NCBI GenBank assembly: GCA_963638555.1
Contig: CAVHQU010000001.1
Span: forward strand, 99,560 to 163,559
Origin: a bacterium
Lineage (GTDB): Bacteria; Bacillota_I; Bacilli_A; RFN20; CAG-826
Direction: 5' to 3'
Length of the DNA stretch: 64,000 nucleotides
The notes beneath the pieces are model-generated. The model ran no database searches. It had not been told where the DNA came from and worked only from the letters and a program-made list of their open reading frames with translations. Within the stretch, counting starts at the first letter, position 1; every line of letters starts with the position of its first letter. The translations under genes and the position numbers were made by a program. This document shows, one piece after another, positions 1-8,205 of the stretch.

Positions 1-185
1 TCCTATCTGATGAGTTCTTAGAGAATCTTCCAACAAAAATTGATAAGTATTCCGCTTATTTCGTTGCCGGAGCGTTATTCAATGTTTGCTTGCATTGGCT
101 TGAAAATGATTGCCAAGATTCAATTGAAGAAGTTTCTAGACCATTCATTAACATTGAAAAAGCTATATCTGCATATAACAAATAA
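1..185 (+). CDS. TetR/AcrR-family regulator, C-terminal fragment (5' end outside window)
   Basis: Frame 3 is open from the window edge to TAA at 183-185. The tail ...YFVAGALFNVCLHWLENDCQDSIEEVSRPF... resembles the C-terminal domain of DhaS-like TetR regulators (recalled similarity only). A hairpin terminator follows. Confidence 0.35.
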   Translation, partial: LSDEFLENLPTKIDKYSAYFVAGALFNVCLHWLENDCQDSIEEVSRPFINIEKAISAYNK

Positions 186-224
186 AAAATGCCACCAGTT
201 AATTGTTAGCTGGTGGCTTTTATT
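184..224. terminator. bidirectional rho-independent terminator between the convergent TetR-like gene and fic
   Basis: Stem GCCACCAG (191-198) / CTGGTGGC (210-217) with an 11-nt loop, an A-run before and a T-run after. Confidence 0.7.
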
Positions 225-1194
225 ATTCTTTCACTTTCCAATAGCCATATCGTTTGCCGTTCACACGAACTATTTTGTTGTCGTTGGTTAACGCTTTAAG
301 TATGTTTTTGATAGTTCTAGGCGAGACGTGCAATTGACTCGCCAATTCTTCAGTCTTTAAATGAGGGTTTTTTCTTAGTTCTTCGAGAACGTTTTCTTCT
401 CTTGTTGGAACAGTTTTATTCGTAGCAAAGGATACATGTAGATCTCTATTGTGCAATTCGTTTTTTTCGTTCAAAAGAAGGTTTCTTAAAAACTTAATGA
501 TATATGTGCGATCTTCAAAAATACCCTTCAAAATATTGTTGTAATTAGCTCTAACTAACGAATTCCTAAAATACCAGGCATTTTTTGCAAAGGCATCGTT
601 TGTAACGTCAAATCCTAGGCTTCTAAGATATTTGATAAAAAACACAGCTGTCGTCCTCGTATTTCCTTCTTCAAAAACATGTATTTGCCATAAGTTGCTA
701 ACAAACATAGCAAGATGCTCAATTATTTCATCGATGGAAAGCTCGTTGTACTTAAACTTTCTTTCTTGATCGAAATCATATTGCAATGTTATTTTCAAAT
801 CGCGATAATCACCGTAAGTTACCGAATCACCATCGAGAACCCATTCTTTTTTGCTAAAGTTATAGCCACGGAGCTTGCCTGCATTCGTTAATACTCCATC
901 AAACAATGCCTTGTGAATAGAAAGAAGTTGCCCAACGGTGAAAGTAAACGAATCCTCTGAAATTATTTTGCCTATACGAATCGAGACCTTATCCGCTTCT
1001 TCCGTTCTTTCGGCCTCAGATGGTTTGCTTTTATAATAAGAACTTATTATTTTATCTAACTCATCAAGCGTAATTTCACCATTTATGTAGCGGTTTGATT
1101 CATTAATGAAATATGTGGAGTTCTTTAGATTATCAACATCTTGTAACCCGATACCTGTGCTAATTATGTACTTATTTGAATATTCATTGCTCAT
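223..1194 (-). CDS. Fic/DOC-family protein with C-terminal winged-helix DNA-binding domain
   Basis: 323-aa ORF. The Fic-type motif HVFEEGNTRTTA is a degenerate form of HxFx(D/E)GNGRxxR. The C-terminal ~60 aa (EELRKNPHLKTEELASQLHVSPRTIKNILKAL...) look like a wHTH. Confidence 0.8.
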   Translation of the reverse strand: MSNEYSNKYIISTGIGLQDVDNLKNSTYFINESNRYINGEITLDELDKIISSYYKSKPSEAERTEEADKVSIRIGKIISEDSFTFTVGQLLSIHKALFDGVLTNAGKLRGYNFSKKEWVLDGDSVTYGDYRDLKITLQYDFDQERKFKYNELSIDEIIEHLAMFVSNLWQIHVFEEGNTRTTAVFFIKYLRSLGFDVTNDAFAKNAWYFRNSLVRANYNNILKGIFEDRTYIIKFLRNLLLNEKNELHNRDLHVSFATNKTVPTREENVLEELRKNPHLKTEELASQLHVSPRTIKNILKALTNDNKIVRVNGKRYGYWKVKE

Positions 1195-1200
1195 ACCAAT

Positions 1201-1229
1201 ATTTTAATGATCAAATTCTCAAAGTGCAA
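1201..1229 (-). promoter_or_regulatory. candidate sigma-70 promoter of fic with leaderless geometry
   Basis: On the minus strand: TTGCAC (1224-1229), 17 nt, TAAAAT (1201-1206), 6 nt (attggt), then ATG at 1194. No Shine-Dalgarno is present. Confidence 0.45.
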
Positions 1230-1255
1230 TTTCAAAGTGCAAGTTGCACTTTGAG
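1218..1255. promoter_or_regulatory. palindromic operator-like element (three CAAAGTGCAA half-sites)
   Basis: Perfect 23-bp palindrome TCAAAGTGCAAgTTGCACTTTGA (1232-1254) plus a third half-site CTCAAAGTGCAA (1218-1229) that contains the putative -35. Confidence 0.5.
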
Positions 1256-1289
1256 AAAAACAAAGAAAAAACAGGATCAATGATCCTGC
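1256..1289 (-). terminator. rho-independent terminator downstream of the tRNA cluster
   Basis: Stem CAGGATC (1272-1278) / GATCCTG (1282-1288), followed on the minus strand by TTTTTTCTTTGTTTTT. Confidence 0.7.
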
Positions 1290-1299
1290 TAATTTCGAT

Positions 1300-1375
1300 T
1301 GGTGCCGTCTAGAGGACTCGGACCTCCGACCTGATGCTTACAAGGCAACTGCTCTACCAGCTGAGCTAAGACGGC
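1300..1375 (-). tRNA. tRNA-Thr (anticodon UGU)
   Basis: Reverse complement is GCCGTCT-TA-GCTC-AGCTGGTA-GAGC-A-GTTGC-CTTGTAA-GCATC-AGGTC-GGAGG-TCCGAGT-CCTCT-AGACGGC-A-CCA. The acceptor stem is perfect and CCA is encoded. The T-loop reads TCC instead of TTC and there is a T-T mismatch in the anticodon stem. Confidence 0.8.
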
Positions 1376-1383
1376 ATTTGGTA

Positions 1384-1458
1384 TGGTGGGTGTTATAGGT
1401 GTCGAACCTACGACCTCTTCCGTGTGAAGGAAGCGCTCTCCCGCTGAGCTAAACACCC
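1384..1458 (-). tRNA. tRNA-Val (anticodon CAC)
   Basis: Reverse complement is GGGTGTT-TA-GCTC-AGCGGGA-GAGC-G-CTTCC-TTCACAC-GGAAG-AGGTC-GTAGG-TTCGACA-CCTAT-AACACCC-A-CCA. Cloverleaf is canonical. Confidence 0.9.
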
Positions 1459-1516
1459 TTATAATACCCTATTTAATAATTTAGCCCCGCGCTACTCACG
1501 GGGCATTTAATCCACA

Positions 1517-1593
1517 TGGTGGGCCTTAATGGACTTGAACCATCGACCTCCCGCTTATCAAGCGGACGCTCTAACCAGCTGAGCTAAAGGCCC
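1517..1593 (-). tRNA. tRNA-Ile (anticodon GAU)
   Basis: Reverse complement is GGGCCTT-TA-GCTC-AGCTGGTTA-GAGC-G-TCCGC-TTGATAA-GCGGG-AGGTC-GATGG-TTCAAGT-CCATT-AAGGCCC-A-CCA. Cloverleaf is canonical. Confidence 0.9.
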
Positions 1594-1691
1594 GTGGGCT
1601 TTGATAGTATATATCTATCGTAAAAAATAAACAAGAAATTTAAGCATATTTTTTTAAATTCTAGATTTTATCGAAGAAAAAACTTAAAAAA

Positions 1692-2183
1692 TCATTTCAT
1701 ATTCTTTATTTTCTTCTTTGCTTTGGTTTCCATTCTACGGACAATGAAGTCACATAAAGCATAAACAAAATATATCCCAGTAAGAATTACGCCAATTATC
1801 GAGAAGATGATGCACGGAACATTTAATCCATCGCAATCAAAGAAATAGCCTAAAGCGAGATATGTGGTCGCAATAAATACGAAAATGTTAATAAAAGAAA
1901 TTATTGCGGAGGATTTTTTGAAATAAGATAAAAGGAATAAAATCAAACCAGATATCGCCAAGACAAAAACTAAAGCATAGAAGACAATTAACATGTTCTT
2001 GTATGCAGCCACAGGATTTGCATAAGAAAAATATTCAATTGGCGTGCAATTGACAGTTTCTTTGTCTATCGTGTATCTAACTATGTGGTACCATGGCGAT
2101 AAAGTAAAAAACGATATCAATGCAGCAAGAAACATATACGCTCCTGCTATTTTTCCTTTTGAATACAAATCTAATTTCTTCAT
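1692..2183 (-). CDS. hypothetical integral membrane protein (about 4 TM segments)
   Basis: 163-aa ORF with hydrophobic segments and an AGAAGG SD-like sequence 8 nt upstream of the ATG. No family recognised. Confidence 0.6.
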   Translation of the reverse strand: MKKLDLYSKGKIAGAYMFLAALISFFTLSPWYHIVRYTIDKETVNCTPIEYFSYANPVAAYKNMLIVFYALVFVLAISGLILFLLSYFKKSSAIISFINIFVFIATTYLALGYFFDCDGLNVPCIIFSIIGVILTGIYFVYALCDFIVRRMETKAKKKIKNMK

Positions 2184-2333
2184 AACTTAAACCTTCTACA
2201 TAATCTTATCATAAAGGAAACGCCTTAATGGAACTTCTCCTTTAGGCATATTTAGAACTATATCAGTTTCGTCGGCAAGGGAAAAACCTTTATGTTCATA
2301 AAATTGATTTTACAAAAAGTTCTTCCAAATATA

Positions 2334-2360
2334 TAGAAAAACTCGGGAACGAATCCCGAG
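2334..2360 (-). terminator. rho-independent terminator after rpsI
   Basis: Stem CTCGGGA (2342-2348) / TCCCGAG (2354-2360), followed on the minus strand by a T-run. Confidence 0.7.
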
Positions 2361-2385
2361 TTTTGAGAACAATTGTTGCAAACGA

Positions 2386-2778
2386 TTAACGTTTGGAGAA
2401 TTGTGGAGCACGACGAGCGGCTTTGAGACCGTATTTCTTTCTTTCTTTGGAACGGGCATTTCTTGTTAACATGCCAGCGACCTTTAAAGCTTTACGATCT
2501 TCACCAGCTTCGAGAAGAGCACGAGCAATGCCTAAACGGATAGCTTCGGCTTGTCCAGTGAATCCGCCACCATTAACATCGGCGACGATATCATATTTTG
2601 TTTCAGAACCTGTTAAAACTAATGGTTGTTTGAGGTTTTGAACTAATGTTGCATAAGGCATATATTGTTCAACAGCAATGCCGTTGATGACGATGTTACC
2701 TTTGCCAGCTTTGGCCCAGACACGAGCGACAGAGCTCTTTCTACGACCAGTGCCATAGTATTTCTTTTCTTCTGCCAT
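2386..2778 (-). CDS. rpsI: 30S ribosomal protein S9
   Basis: 130 aa, starting [20 protein letters not shown] and ending ...RRAPQFSKR. Textbook S9 sequence. Confidence 0.97.
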   Translation of the reverse strand: MAEEKKYYGTGRRKSSVARVWAKAGKGNIVINGIAVEQYMPYATLVQNLKQPLVLTGSETKYDIVADVNGGGFTGQAEAIRLGIARALLEAGEDRKALKVAGMLTRNARSKERKKYGLKAARRAPQFSKR

Positions 2779-2791
2779 CTTTGTCTACTCC

Positions 2792-3235
2792 TTATTTGAT
2801 TTCAAGCACAACTGGTTGTTGAGCTTGTTGTTTGTGTTCAGAACCTTCGTAGACGAAGCATTTCTTCATCATGGTTCTGCCTAAACGGTTGTGTGGAAGC
2901 ATTCCGGAGATTGCTCTTTCAACCATTTCAACTGGGAATTCACGTTTCATAACGCCAGCGCTACGGGTTCTTAAACCACCGTTATAGCCGGAAACGTTGT
3001 AATAATTCTTCTTGTGTTCTCCGCCTTCTTTACCAGAGAGTTTAACTTTGGAGGCGTTGATGACGATGACATAATCACCGCAATCTTCATTCTTTGCAAA
3101 GATTGGTTTGCCTGATCCCATTAAGATGGAAGCAACTTTGGTAGATAATCTTCCGAGAACTACATCTGTAGCATCGACGATATACCATTGTCTTTTAATC
3201 TCAAGAGGTTTGGCAACTGTTGTTTGACGTTGCAT
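2792..3235 (-). CDS. rplM: 50S ribosomal protein L13
   Basis: 147 aa containing ...KRQWYIVDATDVVLGRLSTKVASIL... Textbook L13, directly upstream of rpsI. Confidence 0.97.
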   Translation of the reverse strand: MQRQTTVAKPLEIKRQWYIVDATDVVLGRLSTKVASILMGSGKPIFAKNEDCGDYVIVINASKVKLSGKEGGEHKKNYYNVSGYNGGLRTRSAGVMKREFPVEMVERAISGMLPHNRLGRTMMKKCFVYEGSEHKQQAQQPVVLEIK

Positions 3236-3294
3236 ATTATTTTTCCTTCTTTCTTGATTTGAAATCTAGCGACGCTATATAAGCGCGCTGGAAT

Positions 3295-3323
3295 ATTATC
3301 ATCAATGAAAAATTAAATGTCAA
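3295..3323 (-). promoter_or_regulatory. candidate sigma-70 promoter of rplM-rpsI
   Basis: On the minus strand: TTGACA (3318-3323), 17 nt, GATAAT (3295-3300), about 60 nt upstream of the rplM ATG. Confidence 0.55.
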
Positions 3324-3330
3324 CAACAAA

Positions 3331-3373
3331 ATGGCAAATTGTAAAGATTTTGGATGGCAAATTGTAAAGATTT
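3331..3373. repeat. two perfect copies of a 20-bp direct repeat (23-bp period)
   Basis: ATGGCAAATTGTAAAGATTT occurs at 3331-3350 and 3354-3373, separated by TGG. Confidence 0.9.
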
Positions 3374-3380
3374 CTATTTT

Positions 3381-4277
3381 TTAAGCGTTTGTCGTAGTTT
3401 TCTTTACATTTTTTACAAACTTTTTTTCTAAAAACGCAAAGAAAAACGTGCTCATTAAATCAAATATTAAGAAACCAATTAAAAAGCCTCCGGTAACGTC
3501 ACTGGCAAAATGAGCACCAACCATAACTCTCGTAACAGCGGTGAGAATTGCCCAAATGTAAGAAATTATTCTTAATCGAAGAGCGCTACTTCTCCACGAT
3601 GGGAGAATATATCCAATCAAGGAAATACAAACAACACTTATTGCGTTCATAGTATGTCCAGAGGGAAATGAAGCATAGTTTGTAGATAACGTACCATCGC
3701 AATTCAATTGATAGAAAGGCACGAAATAAGAATCAGGATTCCCATCGAGGGTGATGATGTATCTCCATCTTGGACGATGCCAGAAGAATTTAAGTACGTT
3801 CATTGTTAAAAGAACAAGAAACCACATAATGATGACAAATGTGCCAAACGTTAAGATTTTGCCTCTATCTTCTATCGGAGTTTTATACGCAAGGAATGAG
3901 GAAAGGGCAAAGTTTCCCAAAGCAAAAATGGCGGCTAAAACCCATCTTAGCCACGTTGGCCAGGCATAATCTGGCGTGTATGAAACTATTCTTCCACCAC
4001 TATAAACCGATAAACCTATTGCAAAAAACATAAACAGGATGCCAAATCCAATATTTTTGGCTTTGCTATCTTTTGCTCTAACCCTGAATAAAAGAGTGGC
4101 AGCATAAACGCTTACGATTTGGAATGGCAATTCAGCAATTAATTCTCCGATGCGACCAATAGTCACATTCGTGTTATATAAAACATATGTTATGTTCAAA
4201 TCGAAAAAAGCAAAAACAATCAATAAAGCAATAAGAACAGGATAAATGATAAATCTTTCGTATTTTGTTATTTTCAT
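3381..4277 (-). CDS. PAP2-family membrane phosphatase
   Basis: 298-aa polytopic protein with PAP2 motifs HRPRW, PSGHT and TRVMVGAHFASD. Confidence 0.8.
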   Translation of the reverse strand: MKITKYERFIIYPVLIALLIVFAFFDLNITYVLYNTNVTIGRIGELIAELPFQIVSVYAATLLFRVRAKDSKAKNIGFGILFMFFAIGLSVYSGGRIVSYTPDYAWPTWLRWVLAAIFALGNFALSSFLAYKTPIEDRGKILTFGTFVIIMWFLVLLTMNVLKFFWHRPRWRYIITLDGNPDSYFVPFYQLNCDGTLSTNYASFPSGHTMNAISVVCISLIGYILPSWRSSALRLRIISYIWAILTAVTRVMVGAHFASDVTGGFLIGFLIFDLMSTFFFAFLEKKFVKNVKKTTTNA

Positions 4278-4385
4278 AGCAGTTAAATCTTATCCTACGC
4301 ATATAAATATATAAAGTTTTTAGTGACATTTTTCTTTTTATGGTTAATATCAATCTCGGACTGAATATCTATTAGGAGAAAAATC

Positions 4386-5726
4386 ATGAAATCCACATTA
4401 GAAATTAAAGATTTAGAGAAATTCTCGAAGAATTTCGCCGCTGACAAAGAATTAAATATCGCAAAAAGAAGCGTTGCAAGGAATGGCATTGTTAATTCTG
4501 CTATCGATCCTGATGCAGCTTTAGCGTTGCAAAACACATTTTCCATCGATGTCGATGCAGGCGATATCACCAATCAAAAGCAATCAGGACGTTGCTGGAT
4601 GTTTGCCGGTTTAAATATCATAAGAATGGTTGCCGCGAAGAAGCTTAACTTAAAATCATTTGAGTTATCTCAAGCCTATTTGCAATTCTATGACAAACTT
4701 GAAAAGGCAAACTTCACCTTAGAAAAGGCTTTAGAAGTCGCTGATGAACCAGTAAATTCACGTTTGAATACATTCTTATTTGATAATGGCATTGAAGATG
4801 GTGGCCATTTTGTAATGTTTACAAACCTTGTTAAAAAATATGGCGTAATTCCATCAGAATTAATGCCTGACAACGTCGTAAACTGCGGCACAGGTGAACT
4901 TAATTCCTTGTTGCATGCCATAATTGGCAAAGACATTCTTGCTCTTAGAGAAGCGAAATCTTCTGGTGCATCATGCGAAGAGTTATCTTCAAAGAAAGAA
5001 GAAATGCTTGCGGAAATATACAACGTTTTATGTGTTACTCTCGGAGTTCCACCAAAATCGTTTACATATGAGTATAAAGATAAAGACAACAAATTTGTTC
5101 GTTTAGAAGAAACCACTCCTCTTGAATTCTACGAAAAATACGTTGGTGTCAATTTAGATGATTATATTGTCTTATCTGATGCGCCGATGGCTGGATATAA
5201 AGCAAACCAAAAATATTCTTCATCGTGGGTTAATAACGTAATTGGTGGAGACCCTGTAGTATTCTTCAATGTTGGAGCGGAAGAAATGAAGAAAGCAACC
5301 ATCGCTTCACTTAAAGCGAATGAACTCGTTTGGTTCGCAGCTGATGTTTCCTCGGAATCACTAAGAAAACAAGGCTTACTTGGATACAATCTCATACGTT
5401 TTGATGAATTGTTTAAGATTTCCCTTCTTCAAGACAAAGGTGGAAGAATGGATGCGAGAATTTCTTTCTGCAACCACGCAATGACGTTTACTGGCGTTAA
5501 CTTGTTGGATGACGGCAAGCCAAATCGTTGGAAGGTTGAAAATACATGGGGGAAAGAGCCTGGCAATGGCGGTTTCTTTGTTATGGACGATGCCTGGTTT
5601 GAAAACTATGTTTACGAAGTATTCGTCAAGAAAGAATTCGTCTCTCCAGAAACCCTTAAAGCTTATGAAGAAAGTTCAATTATCGATGTTGAGCCATGGG
5701 CCGTCATGTGGAAAGATGCTAGATAA
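4386..5726 (+). CDS. pepC: aminopeptidase C (bleomycin hydrolase-like C1 cysteine peptidase)
   Basis: 446 aa with active-site context QKQSGRCWMFAGLN and typical PepC length. AGGAG SD lies upstream. Confidence 0.9.
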   Translation: MKSTLEIKDLEKFSKNFAADKELNIAKRSVARNGIVNSAIDPDAALALQNTFSIDVDAGDITNQKQSGRCWMFAGLNIIRMVAAKKLNLKSFELSQAYLQFYDKLEKANFTLEKALEVADEPVNSRLNTFLFDNGIEDGGHFVMFTNLVKKYGVIPSELMPDNVVNCGTGELNSLLHAIIGKDILALREAKSSGASCEELSSKKEEMLAEIYNVLCVTLGVPPKSFTYEYKDKDNKFVRLEETTPLEFYEKYVGVNLDDYIVLSDAPMAGYKANQKYSSSWVNNVIGGDPVVFFNVGAEEMKKATIASLKANELVWFAADVSSESLRKQGLLGYNLIRFDELFKISLLQDKGGRMDARISFCNHAMTFTGVNLLDDGKPNRWKVENTWGKEPGNGGFFVMDDAWFENYVYEVFVKKEFVSPETLKAYEESSIIDVEPWAVMWKDAR

Positions 5727-5744
5727 TCTCAAAAACGCAAACGA

Positions 5745-5771
5745 AAAGATCGCATAAATTGCGATCTTTTT
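5745..5771 (+). terminator. rho-independent terminator after pepC
   Basis: Stem AAAGATCGCA (5745-5754) / TGCGATCTTT (5760-5769), then Ts. Confidence 0.7.
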
Positions 5772-5827
5772 AATTAAATTCTCTTTTTTTGTGTGTACAC
5801 ACACTTTTTGCGATTTTGAATTTCACA

Positions 5828-5855
5828 AAAGAAAAAGTCGCCAATTAAGGCGACT
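5828..5855 (-). terminator. rho-independent terminator after yebC
   Basis: Stem AGTCGCC (5836-5842) / GGCGACT (5849-5855), followed on the minus strand by a T-run. Confidence 0.65.
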
Positions 5856-5873
5856 ATAAGAATTTTGCTTAAT

Positions 5874-6584
5874 TTATAAATTAGAAACGTTTGTATAGAC
5901 GTTTTGAACATCTTCACATTCGTCTAATTGAGCTAACATATCTTTAACTTTTTGGAGATCGTCCCCGCCTAATTCGATTGGCTCATTTGGAACCATTGTT
6001 GCTTCAGAAGCATCGAAATCGGTAACATTGATACCCTTTAAGATTTCTTTAGCTTTGTCTAAATCGTTTGGTGCGAGAACAACTTCGATTTCTCCATCTT
6101 CGAAATCAACAGATTGAACATCGATATCGCCTAAGATTAAGTTTTCTTCGACTGAATCTCTTAAGGCTGCATCGCCTTTGAATTGAAGGATGCCTTTGTA
6201 ATCAAAGTTATAAGCGACAGAACCCATCTTGCCACCTTTGCGTGTGACAATTGTGCGGACTCCAACTAATGCACGGTTAACGTTATCAGTTAAGGTATCA
6301 ACAATAATATAGCTTCCACCTGGTCCAAAGAATTCATAACGGCCAGCAATGTAGGCTGTTGCATCTCCGCCTTTAGCCTTTTCAATAGCACGGTCAATAA
6401 CATCTTTTGGACATGTTTTACGATATTTTTCAATTGCACTTCTTAAAGCGAGGTTGCTTTCAGGATCTGGGATACCGCTCTTAGCCGCGGCATAAATCTC
6501 CTTAGATGCGCGCATGTAAATTGCGCTTTTTGCTTTTGCAGTGGCTGCCATAGCTGCAGCACGAACTTCAAAGTGTCTTCCCAT
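5874..6584 (-). CDS. yebC: YebC/PmpR-family transcriptional regulator
   Basis: Begins MGRHFEVRAAAMAATAKAKS..., a typical YebC N-terminus. I prefer the internal ATG at 6584 because AAGGAG lies about 8 nt upstream; the ORF track start is 6620. Confidence 0.9.
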   Translation of the reverse strand: MGRHFEVRAAAMAATAKAKSAIYMRASKEIYAAAKSGIPDPESNLALRSAIEKYRKTCPKDVIDRAIEKAKGGDATAYIAGRYEFFGPGGSYIIVDTLTDNVNRALVGVRTIVTRKGGKMGSVAYNFDYKGILQFKGDAALRDSVEENLILGDIDVQSVDFEDGEIEVVLAPNDLDKAKEILKGINVTDFDASEATMVPNEPIELGGDDLQKVKDMLAQLDECEDVQNVYTNVSNL

Positions 6585-6647
6585 AATAAAAACTCCTTTT
6601 TGACTTTGGTATTTTATCACTAGGCAGTTAAGCCTAGTAGATTTTTT

Positions 6648-7475
6648 TTAATTTCCTTTCTTAAAAGGCAAATTTAAACGTTCCAATGGATGGAGATTGT
6701 GGCGTTTGATGAATCTTCTCATCCAATCATATGGAGTCACATCTAATTCCCAAGGACGATGATTATCGATTCCGACGATGCATGGAATGTTTGCTTCGGA
6801 TACAAGATACCAAAATTCTTCATTTGGGTAGAAAACTTCAAAATCTTCTCCCAAAGTCGTTCTTCCCCATCTAGATGGTCCCATGTTTAATTCAAAAATG
6901 ATACCTGTTTCTTTTGCTACTTTAATTAATTCTGTTGCGATTTCTTTAGTGAATTCATCCCATTTGCCATACCATTGCATGAACAAATCAGGATGGGCTA
7001 CGTAGATAAAATTGCCCGATTTAATGCCTGCACACAAATCTTTAAGATACATACGTGTCGCCTCTTTTTTATCTTTTAGCTGTGCATAGAAGATAATTTT
7101 GTCTAAATCTTTATCGATATAGCAATGCTGTCCAATAATCAAATAGTCGACAACGCCATCTTTTAAAAGGCGATCATAGTAATCAGCATAATAATCGCCA
7201 TACCATTCAGCCTCAAATGCTAAATGTATTTCAATTTGATCTTTGTATTTCTTTTCAAGAGAGCGAATAGAAGAGATATAATCATCAAAATCTTTTTCAT
7301 AAGATCCTCTCATTCTATTTTGTTCTCTATTAGGCAACATAATATGGTCGGAGAATCCATAAACCTCATAGCCATTCTTGATAGCAGAAAGAACGAATTC
7401 CTCATCCTCTCCTTCAGCATGCCCACATCTTTTCGTATGTGAATGATAGTTGGCCTTAAATGGTTCATTATTCAT
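6648..7475 (-). CDS. PHP-domain histidinol-phosphatase-family hydrolase (HisJ-like)
   Basis: Has the N-terminal YHSHTKRCGHA PHP motif. Start placed at ATG 7475 (MNNEPF...) behind GAGGAGG; the track start at 7490 is a TTG. Confidence 0.75.
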   Translation of the reverse strand: MNNEPFKANYHSHTKRCGHAEGEDEEFVLSAIKNGYEVYGFSDHIMLPNREQNRMRGSYEKDFDDYISSIRSLEKKYKDQIEIHLAFEAEWYGDYYADYYDRLLKDGVVDYLIIGQHCYIDKDLDKIIFYAQLKDKKEATRMYLKDLCAGIKSGNFIYVAHPDLFMQWYGKWDEFTKEIATELIKVAKETGIIFELNMGPSRWGRTTLGEDFEVFYPNEEFWYLVSEANIPCIVGIDNHRPWELDVTPYDWMRRFIKRHNLHPLERLNLPFKKGN

Positions 7476-8205
7476 AGAGTACCTCCTCAAGCATTAATCC
7501 GATTGGATCGGCTTTGTATGATATAATTTTTCTTTCTTTTGAGTTAAGAGCGGCATTTACCTCATCAAGAGTCATCTTCCCTAAGCCAACCCTGAAAGCA
7601 ACACCCATCATGATTCTGATTTGATAGGTCATAAACCCGTTTGCGGAGAATAACACATACACGTGTCCGTTATTTTCTTTTGCTTCAATATGTTTGATGT
7701 TACGAATATAGTTATCAACATCATGGGGCTTGGACGTGAAATTCTTAAAGTCATGTTCACCCAAATAAACATTCAGACACTCTTTGAACTTTTCATATGA
7801 GAAATTCGGTATTTGTAACTGATATTCAAATGGTGAGAGTACATCCCTTTCGCCAAAATGAAATGAATAAGAATATATTTTTCCTGAACATGAATGTCTT
7901 GCATCAAAAGAAGGATCAACTTCTTTCAAGGAAATAACGGAGATATCATTTGGCAAAAGTCGATTCATTGCAATCCTGATTTTTTCTATGTCTTTGACTT
8001 CTTTATGTGTAGAAAAAGAGAAGGTTTGTCCTTTTGCCGATACGCCTTTGTCTGTTCTTCCAGCACCATGAATGATGATTTTATGAGCGAAGAGGGAAGA
8101 AAGGACTTCTTCTACCTTCCCTTGGATTGAAGGGTAGTCTTTTTGTTTTTCAAATCCCCAATAATGCTGTCCATTATATTGCAATACGCCTAAATATTTT
8201 TTCAT
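7468..8205 (-). CDS. truA: tRNA pseudouridine(38-40) synthase
   Basis: 245 aa with the catalytic motif GAGRTDKGVSA. Classical position downstream of ecfT. Confidence 0.93.
   Translation of the reverse strand: MKKYLGVLQYNGQHYWGFEKQKDYPSIQGKVEEVLSSLFAHKIIIHGAGRTDKGVSAKGQTFSFSTHKEVKDIEKIRIAMNRLLPNDISVISLKEVDPSFDARHSCSGKIYSYSFHFGERDVLSPFEYQLQIPNFSYEKFKECLNVYLGEHDFKNFTSKPHDVDNYIRNIKHIEAKENNGHVYVLFSANGFMTYQIRIMMGVAFRVGLGKMTLDEVNAALNSKERKIISYKADPIGLMLEEVLYE

Noticed and set aside
1484-1504. GCCCCG-N9-CGGGGC hairpin between tRNA-Val and tRNA-Ile as a possible terminator.
   Set aside because: No U-tract on either strand, and it lies inside an obviously co-transcribed tRNA cluster. It is more likely a processing or spacer hairpin.
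4295-4573. 92-aa ORF antisense to the pepC start, and many similar 60-140-aa antisense or alternate-frame ORFs inside long genes (for example 4688-5116, 15858-16403, 38737-39034).
   Set aside because: They overlap well-supported genes, lack SD or promoter signals and have low-complexity or odd composition. They are typical shadow ORFs.
5791-5804. Perfect 14-bp palindrome GTGTGTACACACAC flanked by T-runs.
   Set aside because: It sits between convergent pepC and yebC next to two ordinary terminators. It is most simply a back-up terminator hairpin, with no associated gene.
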